Of a stretch of DNA of 64,000 nt, positions 55,926-64,000 are shown one piece after another. Every line of letters starts with the position of its first letter. The first letter of the stretch is position 1. The notes under the pieces are model-generated. The model was given only the letters and a program-made list of their open reading frames with translations. It did no database searches and was not told the DNA's origin. The stretch comes from an uncultured Candidatus Saccharimonas sp. (lineage in GTDB: Bacteria; Patescibacteriota; Saccharimonadia; Saccharimonadales; OMJO01): the NCBI GenBank assembly GCA_943353165.1, contig CALRAM010000001.1, positions 237,803 to 301,802 on the forward strand. The letters run 5' to 3'. Made by a program: the position numbers and the translations under genes.

Positions 55926-57230
55926 CTATTCTTTGTTTTGGTCTTTTTCGGTCTTGGACTTACTTCTTTGCTTCTTTAGTCTGCGCAAAAATGATGGTTT
56001 TTCAAGTTCTTCTTCGCCCATTTCGTCTTCTTCTGGCTGAATCTGAACGTCCTGGTTGTCATCGCCAGAATTATCCAAGTTCGAGTTTTCATCTGTTCCG
56101 TTATCTAGAGTCCAAATATTTGGCATTGGTTTGTCAGTATGAAAATTGCCCCCAAGGTTTTCTTCGTCATGAAGCTCCATATCTATAGAATTGACTACTT
56201 CATCGTCGTGTTTTACGGTGCTAGCTTCAAAAGAACTAGATGAAGGCGTTGATTCTTTGGTTCTATCGGCATAATAAGTGTCGTCAAACCCAGTTGCTAC
56301 TACAGTAATGATTATTTCGCCCTCTAATTCTGGGTTTATAGTAGCCCCAAATATAATGTTTGCTTCTGGATCTGCAGCTGCCGTTATGGTTTCGGCTGCC
56401 GTGTTTATTTCGTGCATAGACATATCGTATCCACCTATGACGTTAAACAAAATACCCCTAGCGCCATCGATAGACACTTCTAGCATAGGTGATTCTACGG
56501 CTTGTTGGGCAGCCTGTATGGCTCTATTTTCGCCACTAGCTCGTCCGATACCCATCAAAGCAGAACCAGCATTCTTCATGACTGTCTTTACGTCTGCAAA
56601 GTCTAGGTTTATCAGTCCGTGAACTGTTATGAGGTCTGATATGCCTTGAACGCCTTGTCTTAGAACATCGTCAGCAACCTTGAAGGCCTCTAGTAAAGGC
56701 GTGCCACGGTCTATAGTCTGCAACAATCGGTCGTTAGGAATGATTATTAGGGTGTCCACCGACTTCCTCAGGTTCTCTATGGCGTTGACGGCATTTCTAC
56801 GACGCTTTTCGCCCTCAAAAGCAAAGGGTTTTGTTGCAAAACCTACAACTAAAGCACCTGATTCTTTGGCTAAATGGGCTACGATATGGCCAGCTCCACT
56901 GCCTGTGCCACCACCTGCGCCAATGGTTACGAAAACCATATCTGCGCCTTCGACAGATTTTTTGATCTCTTCGATGGATTCTTCGGCTGCCATTTGCCCT
57001 ACAGATGGCTCTGCGCCTGCGCCCAAACCTCTGGTTGTTTTGCTGCCTATATGTATTTTTGTTTGAGCCTTAGAATGATGAAGCGACTGCGCGTCTGTAT
57101 TTACTGCGATAAACTCAACACCTTCGATTCCTGCATCAACCATACGGTTGACTGCTGCCCCACCGGCGCCCCCAACACCTATAACTTTTATTCTGGCGAA
57201 CGTTTCTATAACAGGTGCGACTTGTGGCAT
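55926..57230 (-). CDS. ftsZ: cell division protein FtsZ
   Basis: [13 protein letters not shown], the tubulin signature GGGTGSGAG, a long acidic linker and the C-terminal peptide PSFLRRL. Confidence 0.95.
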   Translation of the reverse strand: MPQVAPVIETFARIKVIGVGGAGGAAVNRMVDAGIEGVEFIAVNTDAQSLHHSKAQTKIHIGSKTTRGLGAGAEPSVGQMAAEESIEEIKKSVEGADMVFVTIGAGGGTGSGAGHIVAHLAKESGALVVGFATKPFAFEGEKRRRNAVNAIENLRKSVDTLIIIPNDRLLQTIDRGTPLLEAFKVADDVLRQGVQGISDLITVHGLINLDFADVKTVMKNAGSALMGIGRASGENRAIQAAQQAVESPMLEVSIDGARGILFNVIGGYDMSMHEINTAAETITAAADPEANIIFGATINPELEGEIIITVVATGFDDTYYADRTKESTPSSSSFEASTVKHDDEVVNSIDMELHDEENLGGNFHTDKPMPNIWTLDNGTDENSNLDNSGDDNQDVQIQPEEDEMGEEELEKPSFLRRLKKQRSKSKTEKDQNKE

Positions 57231-57315
57231 AACAAAAACCCCTTCTTTACCAAATGATATGCCTGGATTATAACCTATTCGACAATATCGAGCAATAAAC
57301 TGTTACGCAGAAAAC

Positions 57316-58560
57316 CTACCTGGCTTTCTTTGTGATTCTGTTGAGCAAATTTTCTATCAAACCGAAAGCGTTAGAATTTGGTTTGCCAGTAGGATGCCCG
57401 TGGTTTGAAGAAATAAGTAGCATATCCAGCAAAACAAGGCCTACTGCAGTCGAATAACTAGGGTCGTTAACTGTGTCAATTACCCCTCCTAGTGGCTGTA
57501 ACCTTCCTACTCTGGCTGACAGCTGAAGTTTTTCTTTGGCAAAATCAGCAATTCCAGGCAATAAAGCGCTTCCACCGACTAAAACAATACCCCCTGGCAA
57601 TTTGCGTGACTTTTGGATTTTACGAAGTTCTTTGTCCACGAGTTCTAGCAGTTCATCTACCCTTGCCTCTGTTATCATACGGACTTCTTCGGCATCAAAC
57701 TGGTGCATCTTTCCTTCGTACTGGACTGCGACTCGGCTTTTGTGGCTTGGAGTAGGAGACAGGCTTGCGTGCTGTACCTTTACCAGTTCTGCTATATCCA
57801 AATCTGTTCTGAGCCCTATAGCCAAGTCGTTTGTTATGTTCATACCTCCTACCGGCAACACGGCAACATGCTGAATTTCACCGTCTTCCACTACAACCAT
57901 ATTTGTCGTACCGGCTCCAATATTTAACAGTAATGTGCCCGCTTCTTTTTGCTGACGATTCAATACTGCTTCAGCCGATGCTAAGCTAGATAGTGTATAG
58001 TTTTTTATCGAGACGCCTGCTTTATCCATGGCAATATCCAAGTTCCTGAGGTTTGGGGTGGCGGCAGTAACTATGTGGGTATCTACTTCTAGCCTTACTC
58101 CCTGCATTCCTACTGGGTCCTTTATATTGTCTTGGCCATCCAAACGATAGCTTCTGGCAAAAATCTGAACGATTTCACGGTTCGGCGGCATCTGTATGAT
58201 TGCGGCAGCTTCATCTACCCTTAGACGATCCTCGTTATCTATGGCTCTGTTTGCGGCACTAATAGCCACCACACCCCTAGAATTTAAACCCAACACATGA
58301 TTCCCGTTTATATTTACTGTTGCCTGTCGAACAGTTATTCCAGAAACCCGTTCGGCTTCGTCTATGGCGCTTCTGATTGCGTCGGCAACATCTTCGACAT
58401 GAACAATTGAACCTTTTCTCATTCCCATGTTTGGGGCTGAACCATGACCAACAATAGAAAGTTCTGCGCCTTCTGCGTGATCTATTGATCCAATAACACA
58501 ACGAACCACACTGGTACCAATGTCTAAACCAAAATAATAATTTTGCGATTGTTCGCGCAT
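57316..58560 (-). CDS. ftsA: cell division protein FtsA
   Basis: Actin-fold motifs GLDIGTSVVRCVIG and VLVGGSALLPGI. A start at the Met at 58560 avoids overlap with map; the ORF track extends to 58695. Confidence 0.85.
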   Translation of the reverse strand: MREQSQNYYFGLDIGTSVVRCVIGSIDHAEGAELSIVGHGSAPNMGMRKGSIVHVEDVADAIRSAIDEAERVSGITVRQATVNINGNHVLGLNSRGVVAISAANRAIDNEDRLRVDEAAAIIQMPPNREIVQIFARSYRLDGQDNIKDPVGMQGVRLEVDTHIVTAATPNLRNLDIAMDKAGVSIKNYTLSSLASAEAVLNRQQKEAGTLLLNIGAGTTNMVVVEDGEIQHVAVLPVGGMNITNDLAIGLRTDLDIAELVKVQHASLSPTPSHKSRVAVQYEGKMHQFDAEEVRMITEARVDELLELVDKELRKIQKSRKLPGGIVLVGGSALLPGIADFAKEKLQLSARVGRLQPLGGVIDTVNDPSYSTAVGLVLLDMLLISSNHGHPTGKPNSNAFGLIENLLNRITKKAR

Positions 58561-58598
58561 AGAATGAATTATAACGCTTATCGTAAGGAGCTTACAAG

Positions 58599-59351
58599 TT
58601 ATATCTTGGTTAAAATCTCGTAGCCGCTCTTGGTAACAACTACTGTGTGCTCGAATTGGGCCGAATGACTGCCGTCTTTTGTCCACAAAGTCCAACCGTC
58701 TTTATCGTGCACGATAGCATCTCCACCCAGGTTTGCTATAGGCTCAATTGCTATCGTCATACCTGATCGTAGCGTAGGTCCATGACCACGCCTGCCATAA
58801 TTTGGTATCTCTGGTTCTTCGTGCAAGGCGTATCCAACGCCATGTCCAACTAATTCCCTAACTATACCTAGATTGTATTTTTTTAATACCGACTCTATGG
58901 CTGCCGATATATCTCCAACGCGACATCCATCTCGTACTTGCGCCAAGCCTCGTGCTAGAGCTTCCTCTGTTCCGTTAATCAATCTTTGCTGGTCCTTGTC
59001 TGGTTGCCCACCGACGCAAACTGTTATTCCGCCATCAGTTATCATTCCCTGATACAAAACACCAAAGTCAAAGTTTACTATATCGCCGTCAACTAGTGGT
59101 ATGTTGCTGGGTATACTGTGTTGAACCTGGTCGTTTACAGAAATACATATTATGTCTGGAAAGCCCTGATAGCCCAGAAATGCTGGCTTGCCACCCAGTC
59201 TTTTTAGCTCGGCTTTGGCAATTTTGGACATATCCTTTGGCGTCATACCTGATTTGACTTCTGATTTCAGAGTCATTAGTACCTTTGCTAGTATTTGTCC
59301 ACCAGTTCTCATAGCGTCTATTTGGGCCGGAGATTTAAGTGTTAAAGACAT
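58599..59351 (-). CDS. map: type I methionine aminopeptidase
   Basis: Metal-ligand regions DIVNFDFGVLYQGMITDG, VGHGVG, IAIEP and QFEHTV. Confidence 0.9.
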   Translation of the reverse strand: MSLTLKSPAQIDAMRTGGQILAKVLMTLKSEVKSGMTPKDMSKIAKAELKRLGGKPAFLGYQGFPDIICISVNDQVQHSIPSNIPLVDGDIVNFDFGVLYQGMITDGGITVCVGGQPDKDQQRLINGTEEALARGLAQVRDGCRVGDISAAIESVLKKYNLGIVRELVGHGVGYALHEEPEIPNYGRRGHGPTLRSGMTIAIEPIANLGGDAIVHDKDGWTLWTKDGSHSAQFEHTVVVTKSGYEILTKI

Positions 59352-59361
59352 ATGTTAATAC

Positions 59362-59901
59362 CTAGATGATACCTTTCAGGGCTAAAGTTATCTGAGTGTG
59401 TACAGCTTCTGGTGATTTTTCTCCATCGATGTCAAAAACTTCAATACCAGAACTTTTAAACTGTTCCAGTATAGGTAGGGTTGTTTCTTCGTATTCATGA
59501 AATCTCTCTGACAACGCTTCATGATTGTCGTCTTGACGTCCCCTACTAATCAGTCTTTTTCGGACGGACTGCTGGCTAGCCTTTAGGTGTATGACTGCAT
59601 TTATTTTTAACTGTCCGTGTTTTGCGTGGTTTATTAGCCAATCTGCCTGCGCTGATGTTCTAGGAAACCCGTCAATTATAAACTCGTTGTCTGTGTCGAC
59701 TATGGCAAACATTTTTTGGACCAGAGATATGATGTGTTGATCGTCTAAAAGCTTTCCTGCCAGCATATCTTTGCGCTGCTGCCCAGATACTAACATGCGC
59801 AAAAACTCTCCGGTCGACAGCCAAGGCAAACCATAGGTATCCGCCAATAATTTGCCCTGTTTGCTTTTGCCAGAACCTGCAACTCCCATAAATATAATCA
59901 T
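59362..59901 (-). CDS. adk: adenylate kinase (short-lid form)
   Basis: P-loop GVAGSGKSKQG and the IIDGFPRT motif. 179 aa with no Cys4 lid. Confidence 0.8.
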   Translation of the reverse strand: MIIFMGVAGSGKSKQGKLLADTYGLPWLSTGEFLRMLVSGQQRKDMLAGKLLDDQHIISLVQKMFAIVDTDNEFIIDGFPRTSAQADWLINHAKHGQLKINAVIHLKASQQSVRKRLISRGRQDDNHEALSERFHEYEETTLPILEQFKSSGIEVFDIDGEKSPEAVHTQITLALKGII

Positions 59902-59902
59902 A

Positions 59903-60358
59903 CTATCCGTTCAATCTCTGCTTTACCAGCGCTGCTATCCTGGCACCATCTGCTTTACCAGAGGTTTCTGTTTTTATCTGGCTAATAACTGATCCCATAG
60001 TCTGAGAAGTTAAAGGTCCTTTTTCTGCTACAACAGCATCTACTATCCTAATCAGTTCATTTTCATCCATCTGTTTAGGCAGATACTGTTCTATGGCTTC
60101 TTTCTCTGATAATTCAGCATTTTTCCTAATATCACTACCTGCTTTTTCAAAAGCGTCGGCACTTTCTTGTCGTTGTTTTGCTTCTTTTGCTAGCACAGCT
60201 ATAACTTCTGGCTCTGGCAAGCCAGTGTCTCGAAGTCCCTTTGCTACTTCGGCGTACAAAATGGCACTCTTTAGACCTCTATAGAGAGTGGCCTTGTCTT
60301 TGTCCCCTGCCAGCATTGCCTTTTTCAAATCTTGGTCTATGCGTTGTTTTGTAGACAT
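59903..60358 (-). CDS. yqeY: GatB/YqeY domain protein
   Basis: IDQDLKKAMLAGDKDKATLYRGLKSAI... is the typical YqeY N-terminus. 151 aa. Confidence 0.8.
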   Translation of the reverse strand: MSTKQRIDQDLKKAMLAGDKDKATLYRGLKSAILYAEVAKGLRDTGLPEPEVIAVLAKEAKQRQESADAFEKAGSDIRKNAELSEKEAIEQYLPKQMDENELIRIVDAVVAEKGPLTSQTMGSVISQIKTETSGKADGARIAALVKQRLNG

Positions 60359-60360
60359 TT

Positions 60361-60576
60361 TTACTGTTGGCCAAGTTTAAGCTTTTTGAGCTTTATATTC
60401 TTTCGTTCACGACGAACGATAGCTTTTTTGCGTCGATCAGGTTTGCTGATTGGCTTTTCAAAATGCTGCAACTGTTTGGCATTTGCTATAACACCCGACT
60501 GTTGAACTTTTCGTCCAAATCGACGAAGCAAATTTTCTAATGACTCTTTGGAGTCTTTGCGTGTTACTTGTATCAT
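60361..60576 (-). CDS. rpsU: 30S ribosomal protein S21
   Basis: 71 aa, basic. ...ESLENLLRRFGRKVQQSGV...HFEKPSxKxRRKK pattern. Confidence 0.85.
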   Translation of the reverse strand: MIQVTRKDSKESLENLLRRFGRKVQQSGVIANAKQLQHFEKPISKPDRRKKAIVRRERKNIKLKKLKLGQQ

Positions 60577-60622
60577 GCTGATTATTGTACGCTAACAGAG
60601 TGAGTTCTGCAAGTGTTGATAT

Positions 60623-61000
60623 TTATAGTATGCCGGGCTGCTGATTTTTTTGTTTGATTCGTTGTGACTTTAACACTATGCTCTGTAACTCTTTGAATAT
60701 GGCGAAGTTTTTGTTCGTATGGTAAATCTTTGTATTTCCCTGGCGCTCTGATATGAGAAATCCAATTTTTTCCAATCGTTTTAGTTCGCGCTGTATGTTG
60801 CCCGCATCTTCTTTGATAAGTTTTGCCAGACCCCTGACGTGCGTCTTGAAATCGGGGTACTTCGCATACACCACAATTATCTTTCGTCTGACTCTGGAAG
60901 TTATAAATACATCTAACATAAGCTCTTCTATTGTTATATGAACAACATTGAGTATACGGTAGACTCCAATAGTTTTCAATACATTTTTGCTTTTGACCAT
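60623..61000 (-). CDS. small winged-helix transcriptional regulator (ArsR/MarR-like)
   Basis: THVRGLAKLIKEDAGNIQRELKRLEKIGFLISERQGNTKIYHTN reads as HTH plus wing. The start is uncertain (Met at 61000 or 60919). Divergent from priA. Confidence 0.55.
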   Translation of the reverse strand: MVKSKNVLKTIGVYRILNVVHITIEELMLDVFITSRVRRKIIVVYAKYPDFKTHVRGLAKLIKEDAGNIQRELKRLEKIGFLISERQGNTKIYHTNKNFAIFKELQSIVLKSQRIKQKNQQPGIL

Positions 61001-61012
61001 TATAATAGAGGT

Positions 61013-62947
61013 ATGTACTACAACGTTTTGGTTGGTTCACAACGCTACCACAAGCAAACACCCCTGACCTATAGTTCAGTTTTGCCCCTAAACGTAGGTG
61101 ACGTAGTAGAAATTTCACTACAAAACCAAAAAACGTTGGGAATAATAACCAAAAAGGTCAACAAGCCAACTTTTCATACAAAATCAGTTAACAAAATTAT
61201 TGCTACACGGGCCATTGGCCTTCCATCGCTAGAACTAATACGATGGATAAAACAATACTACCCAGCTCCAAACGGTATGATAAATGCCCTCCTGGTTCCT
61301 AGTTTTTTACTGGGCAAAATACCTGTTTTGGCAGAAAAAAAACATTCTCTATCAACAGCTACAGATTTACCCCCTCTGACAACCGATCAGGCGAATGCAG
61401 TTCAGGTTATAAATAAGACGCCTGGTCATAGCGCTCTGTTGCACGGCGATACTGGCACTGGCAAAACTCGCGTTTATATAGAACTGGCAAAAAAATCTAT
61501 CAAATCCGGCCGCTCGGTTATTGTGCTGACTCCAGAGATTGGACTAACACCCCAGCTGGTTGGCAGTTTTATTGACGTATTCCCTGATGATGTAGTGCTC
61601 TTGCACTCTAGATTGACCCCGAAGCAAAGGCTGGAGGCCTGGTGGACTATACATAATTCGGCTCGCCCTATAGTAGTAATAGGCCCTCGGTCTGCGCTAT
61701 TTGCACCCTTGGAATCCGTTGGATTGATCGTAGTGGATGAAATGCACGACACTTCATACAAACAAGAACAGGCGCCTTATTACGAAACTACCCGCGTGGC
61801 TGCAAAATTAGCCGAACTCCACCAAGCAAAAGCTATTTTTGGAAGCGCCACCCCAAATATAGCGGACTACTACGTCTTTGAAAAAAACAAATTACCCATA
61901 ATACGTATGCAGCAAATGGCCGCCGGCAAATCTTCCCCTGTAAAAACGACAATTGTTGACTTGAAAAATAGATCTGACTTCAAAAACTCATCGACGCTTA
62001 GTAGCCAGATGATTGATGCCGTAACCCATAGCCTGGAGGCAAACGAGCAATCATTGATATTCTTAAATCGTCGAGGAACAGCCCGCATAATCTTGTGCCA
62101 GGCATGTGGCTGGCAAGCCACCTGTGTTAGGTGTGACCTGCCTTTGACTTACCACGGCGACACACATAAAGCTTCCTGTCACACCTGCGGTTATAGCACC
62201 AAAACTCCCACAGTCTGCCCCAGTTGTAATTCCGAAAATTTACTGTTCAGAAGCGCAGGAACTAAATCTATCGTCAGTGAACTAGAACGCATTTTCCCAA
62301 ATGCCAAAATAAAACGCTTTGATAGCGACTTGGGCAAAAAAGAAAAACTGGAATCTAATTATGAGTCAGTCCAGTCTGGAGAAATAGATATATTGGTAGG
62401 CACGCAAATGCTAGGTAAAGGGCTTGATCTACCCCAGTTGTCATTGGTAGGAATAGTGCTGGCAGACACTGCTCTAAATTTTCCAGACTACACAGCCCAG
62501 GAACGCACCTACCAAATGCTAAACCAGGTTATAGGTCGAGTTGGCCGGGGACACAAACCTGGCAGAGTGATTATCCAAACATACAATCCAAATTCGCCCG
62601 TAATAAAACAAGCTATATCAAAGGACTATCTACAGTTTTATACCGAACAGCTGACAGAAAGACAGCAATTTAATTTTCCACCAAATTGCTACATACTAAA
62701 ATTGGCTTGCTCCAGAAAATCTAGTGCCAGTGCCCAAAAGGCTGCAATATCACTGGCAGAACAGCTCAGAATGGATCACAAAGCCATAGAAATAATTGGT
62801 CCTACGTCCTCTTTTACCGAAAAAACACGGGACTCCTATAGCTGGCAGATCATCATCAAATCACTAAAAAGATCCAACCTAACGGCGGTCATAGGCGTCC
62901 TGCCAGCCAACTGGACGCACGACATTGACCCATCACATCTGTTATAG
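61013..62947 (+). CDS. priA: primosomal protein N' (replication restart helicase PriA)
   Basis: Walker A GDTGTGKTRVY, VVDEMHD box, and the double zinc-binding insert CQACGWQATCVRCD...CHTCGYS...CPSCNS. AGAGG RBS before the ATG at 61013. Confidence 0.9.
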   Translation: MYYNVLVGSQRYHKQTPLTYSSVLPLNVGDVVEISLQNQKTLGIITKKVNKPTFHTKSVNKIIATRAIGLPSLELIRWIKQYYPAPNGMINALLVPSFLLGKIPVLAEKKHSLSTATDLPPLTTDQANAVQVINKTPGHSALLHGDTGTGKTRVYIELAKKSIKSGRSVIVLTPEIGLTPQLVGSFIDVFPDDVVLLHSRLTPKQRLEAWWTIHNSARPIVVIGPRSALFAPLESVGLIVVDEMHDTSYKQEQAPYYETTRVAAKLAELHQAKAIFGSATPNIADYYVFEKNKLPIIRMQQMAAGKSSPVKTTIVDLKNRSDFKNSSTLSSQMIDAVTHSLEANEQSLIFLNRRGTARIILCQACGWQATCVRCDLPLTYHGDTHKASCHTCGYSTKTPTVCPSCNSENLLFRSAGTKSIVSELERIFPNAKIKRFDSDLGKKEKLESNYESVQSGEIDILVGTQMLGKGLDLPQLSLVGIVLADTALNFPDYTAQERTYQMLNQVIGRVGRGHKPGRVIIQTYNPNSPVIKQAISKDYLQFYTEQLTERQQFNFPPNCYILKLACSRKSSASAQKAAISLAEQLRMDHKAIEIIGPTSSFTEKTRDSYSWQIIIKSLKRSNLTAVIGVLPANWTHDIDPSHLL

Positions 62948-62993
62948 GGGCTTCTAGCATACGCCGGTTAAGTGTTATAATCTGATTATTGCT

Positions 62994-63557
62994 ATGAAAA
63001 AAGAAGATATTATCACACTGCCCCATGCAAGCCTGAGACAAAGGTCTAAAAAAATTGGGCTAATCACAAAAGAAACCCTGGTGCTGATAGACGATATGAA
63101 GACAGCTATGTTGGACTGGGAAAATTCCAGAGATCACGAAATAACTGTTGGGCTGGCAGCCTCCCAGGTTAACCACCTGCTTCGGCTATTTATCGTCAGG
63201 GACCAAAAAGACCCAGAAAAGTTTATTGTTTTTATAAACCCAGAGATTACAAAATATGAGGGCGAACAAAAAACTGATTATGAGGGCTGCCTGAGCATCA
63301 AAGAAGTCTATGGGCTGGTCCCTAGATATGAAACTGTTCGCGTCAAAGCTACAGATATAAACGGCAAACTATTTAGCCTGAAAGCTAAAGGGGATATGGC
63401 CAGAATACTGCAGCACGAAACGGACCATAACAATGGCGTAGTATTTGTTGACCACATAAAAGAATCCAAAGACGCGTTTTTTAAACTAGAGAAAAATGGA
63501 AAATTAACAAAGCTGGACTATGAAAAAGACATCCTCAACAATAGTATTCTTTGGTAG
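62994..63557 (+). CDS. def: peptide deformylase
   Basis: The three PDF motifs GLAASQV, EGCLS and HETDH. Confidence 0.9.
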   Translation: MKKEDIITLPHASLRQRSKKIGLITKETLVLIDDMKTAMLDWENSRDHEITVGLAASQVNHLLRLFIVRDQKDPEKFIVFINPEITKYEGEQKTDYEGCLSIKEVYGLVPRYETVRVKATDINGKLFSLKAKGDMARILQHETDHNNGVVFVDHIKESKDAFFKLEKNGKLTKLDYEKDILNNSILW

Positions 63558-64000
63558 TGGCCCTGTCGCCTCTGCTTCGCTAGAGTTTTTAGCAAAAAAC
63601 TTTACTATAGAAGCCGTAATCACAAAAGCTAAACCGCCCCATCACAAAAGCCCTGCTCCAGTAGAAATATTGGTAAAAAAACTAGAACTGCCGACTTTTT
63701 TTGCAAACACAAAGCTAGAACTAGACGAAGTCCTAGGGCAAAAAAAATTCTCTAGTCCTTTAGGCATAATAGTTGACTACGGTGTTATCGTGTCCACAAA
63801 GTCTATAAATAGTTTTGCCAAGGGCATCGTTAATAGCCACTTTAGCCTTTTACCAGAATGGCGAGGAGCAGACCCGATTAGTTTTTCTATATTAAGTGGC
63901 CAAAAAGAAACGGGCGTTAGCTTGATGGCAATCGTACCAGAGCTAGACGAAGGACAACTATTATCTCAGCAAACAATACCCATAAAAAAGTCCGCTACAA
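63530..64000 (+). CDS. fmt: methionyl-tRNA formyltransferase (5' part, truncated by the window edge)
   Basis: My own translation from the ATG at 63530 gives MKKTSSTIVFFGSGPVASASL... and later HFSLLPEWRGADPI (Fmt signature). It overlaps the def 3' end by 28 nt. It is absent from the ORF track because there is no stop before the window end. Confidence 0.8.

Noticed and set aside
60582-61118. 178-aa minus-strand ORF overlapping the wHTH gene frame and the priA start
   Set aside because: Its translation is Cys/Arg/Tyr-rich with no motif. It overlaps two better-supported genes, the wHTH regulator in another frame and priA on the other strand.

Overview
This 64 kb window is densely packed with about 60 protein genes, and about 50 of them are on the minus strand. 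Nearly all are core housekeeping genes.

Gene content by function:
- Translation: rpmA, rplU, rpsB, rpsU, rpmE, tsf, frr, prfA, prfB, prmC, hpf, def, fmt, map, and the synthetases serS, ileS, proS and a class-I lysyl-tRNA synthetase.
- Division and segregation: ftsE, ftsX, a coiled-coil CHAP hydrolase, ftsA, ftsZ, parA, parB.
- Secretion and envelope: secA, lepB, rseP, uppS, an S41 protease, a CPBP protease.
- Nucleotide and DNA metabolism: pyrG, nrdR, nrdJ, adk, xseA, xseB, priA.

By eye I found no rRNA, tRNA, CRISPR array, transposase or integrase.

The content fits a reduced-genome, Patescibacteria/CPR-like (possibly Saccharibacteria-like) bacterium using the standard genetic code. The supporting points are the class-I LysRS, a ProRS without the INS domain, the conserved rpsB-tsf-frr-uppS-rseP cluster lacking pyrH and cdsA, unlinked L21 and L27 genes, and the presence of both RF1 and RF2. 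This taxonomic call is inference only.

Stand-out items:
1. An 8.6 kb gene (38668-47298, minus) encodes a 2,876-aa membrane-anchored giant surface protein. It contains tandem ~136-aa modules (two with a 143-bp identical DNA core), a six-blade Kelch-like region, seven Cys-pair repeats and FN3-like segments. A 283-aa membrane protein gene sits directly upstream. Two perfect DnaA boxes lie upstream inside a 17-bp direct repeat, and the nearer one lies just upstream of (4 nt from) the predicted promoter.
2. A seven-TM protein (20725-21570, minus) aligns by eye with heliorhodopsin. The TM7 lysine is kept, and Asp replaces the usual counterion Glu. It is packed directly behind msrA and a MacB-like ABC pair.
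3. An ileS T-box leader carries an AUC specifier in a small hairpin loop.

All functional calls rest on motif recognition by eye. No database search was possible.
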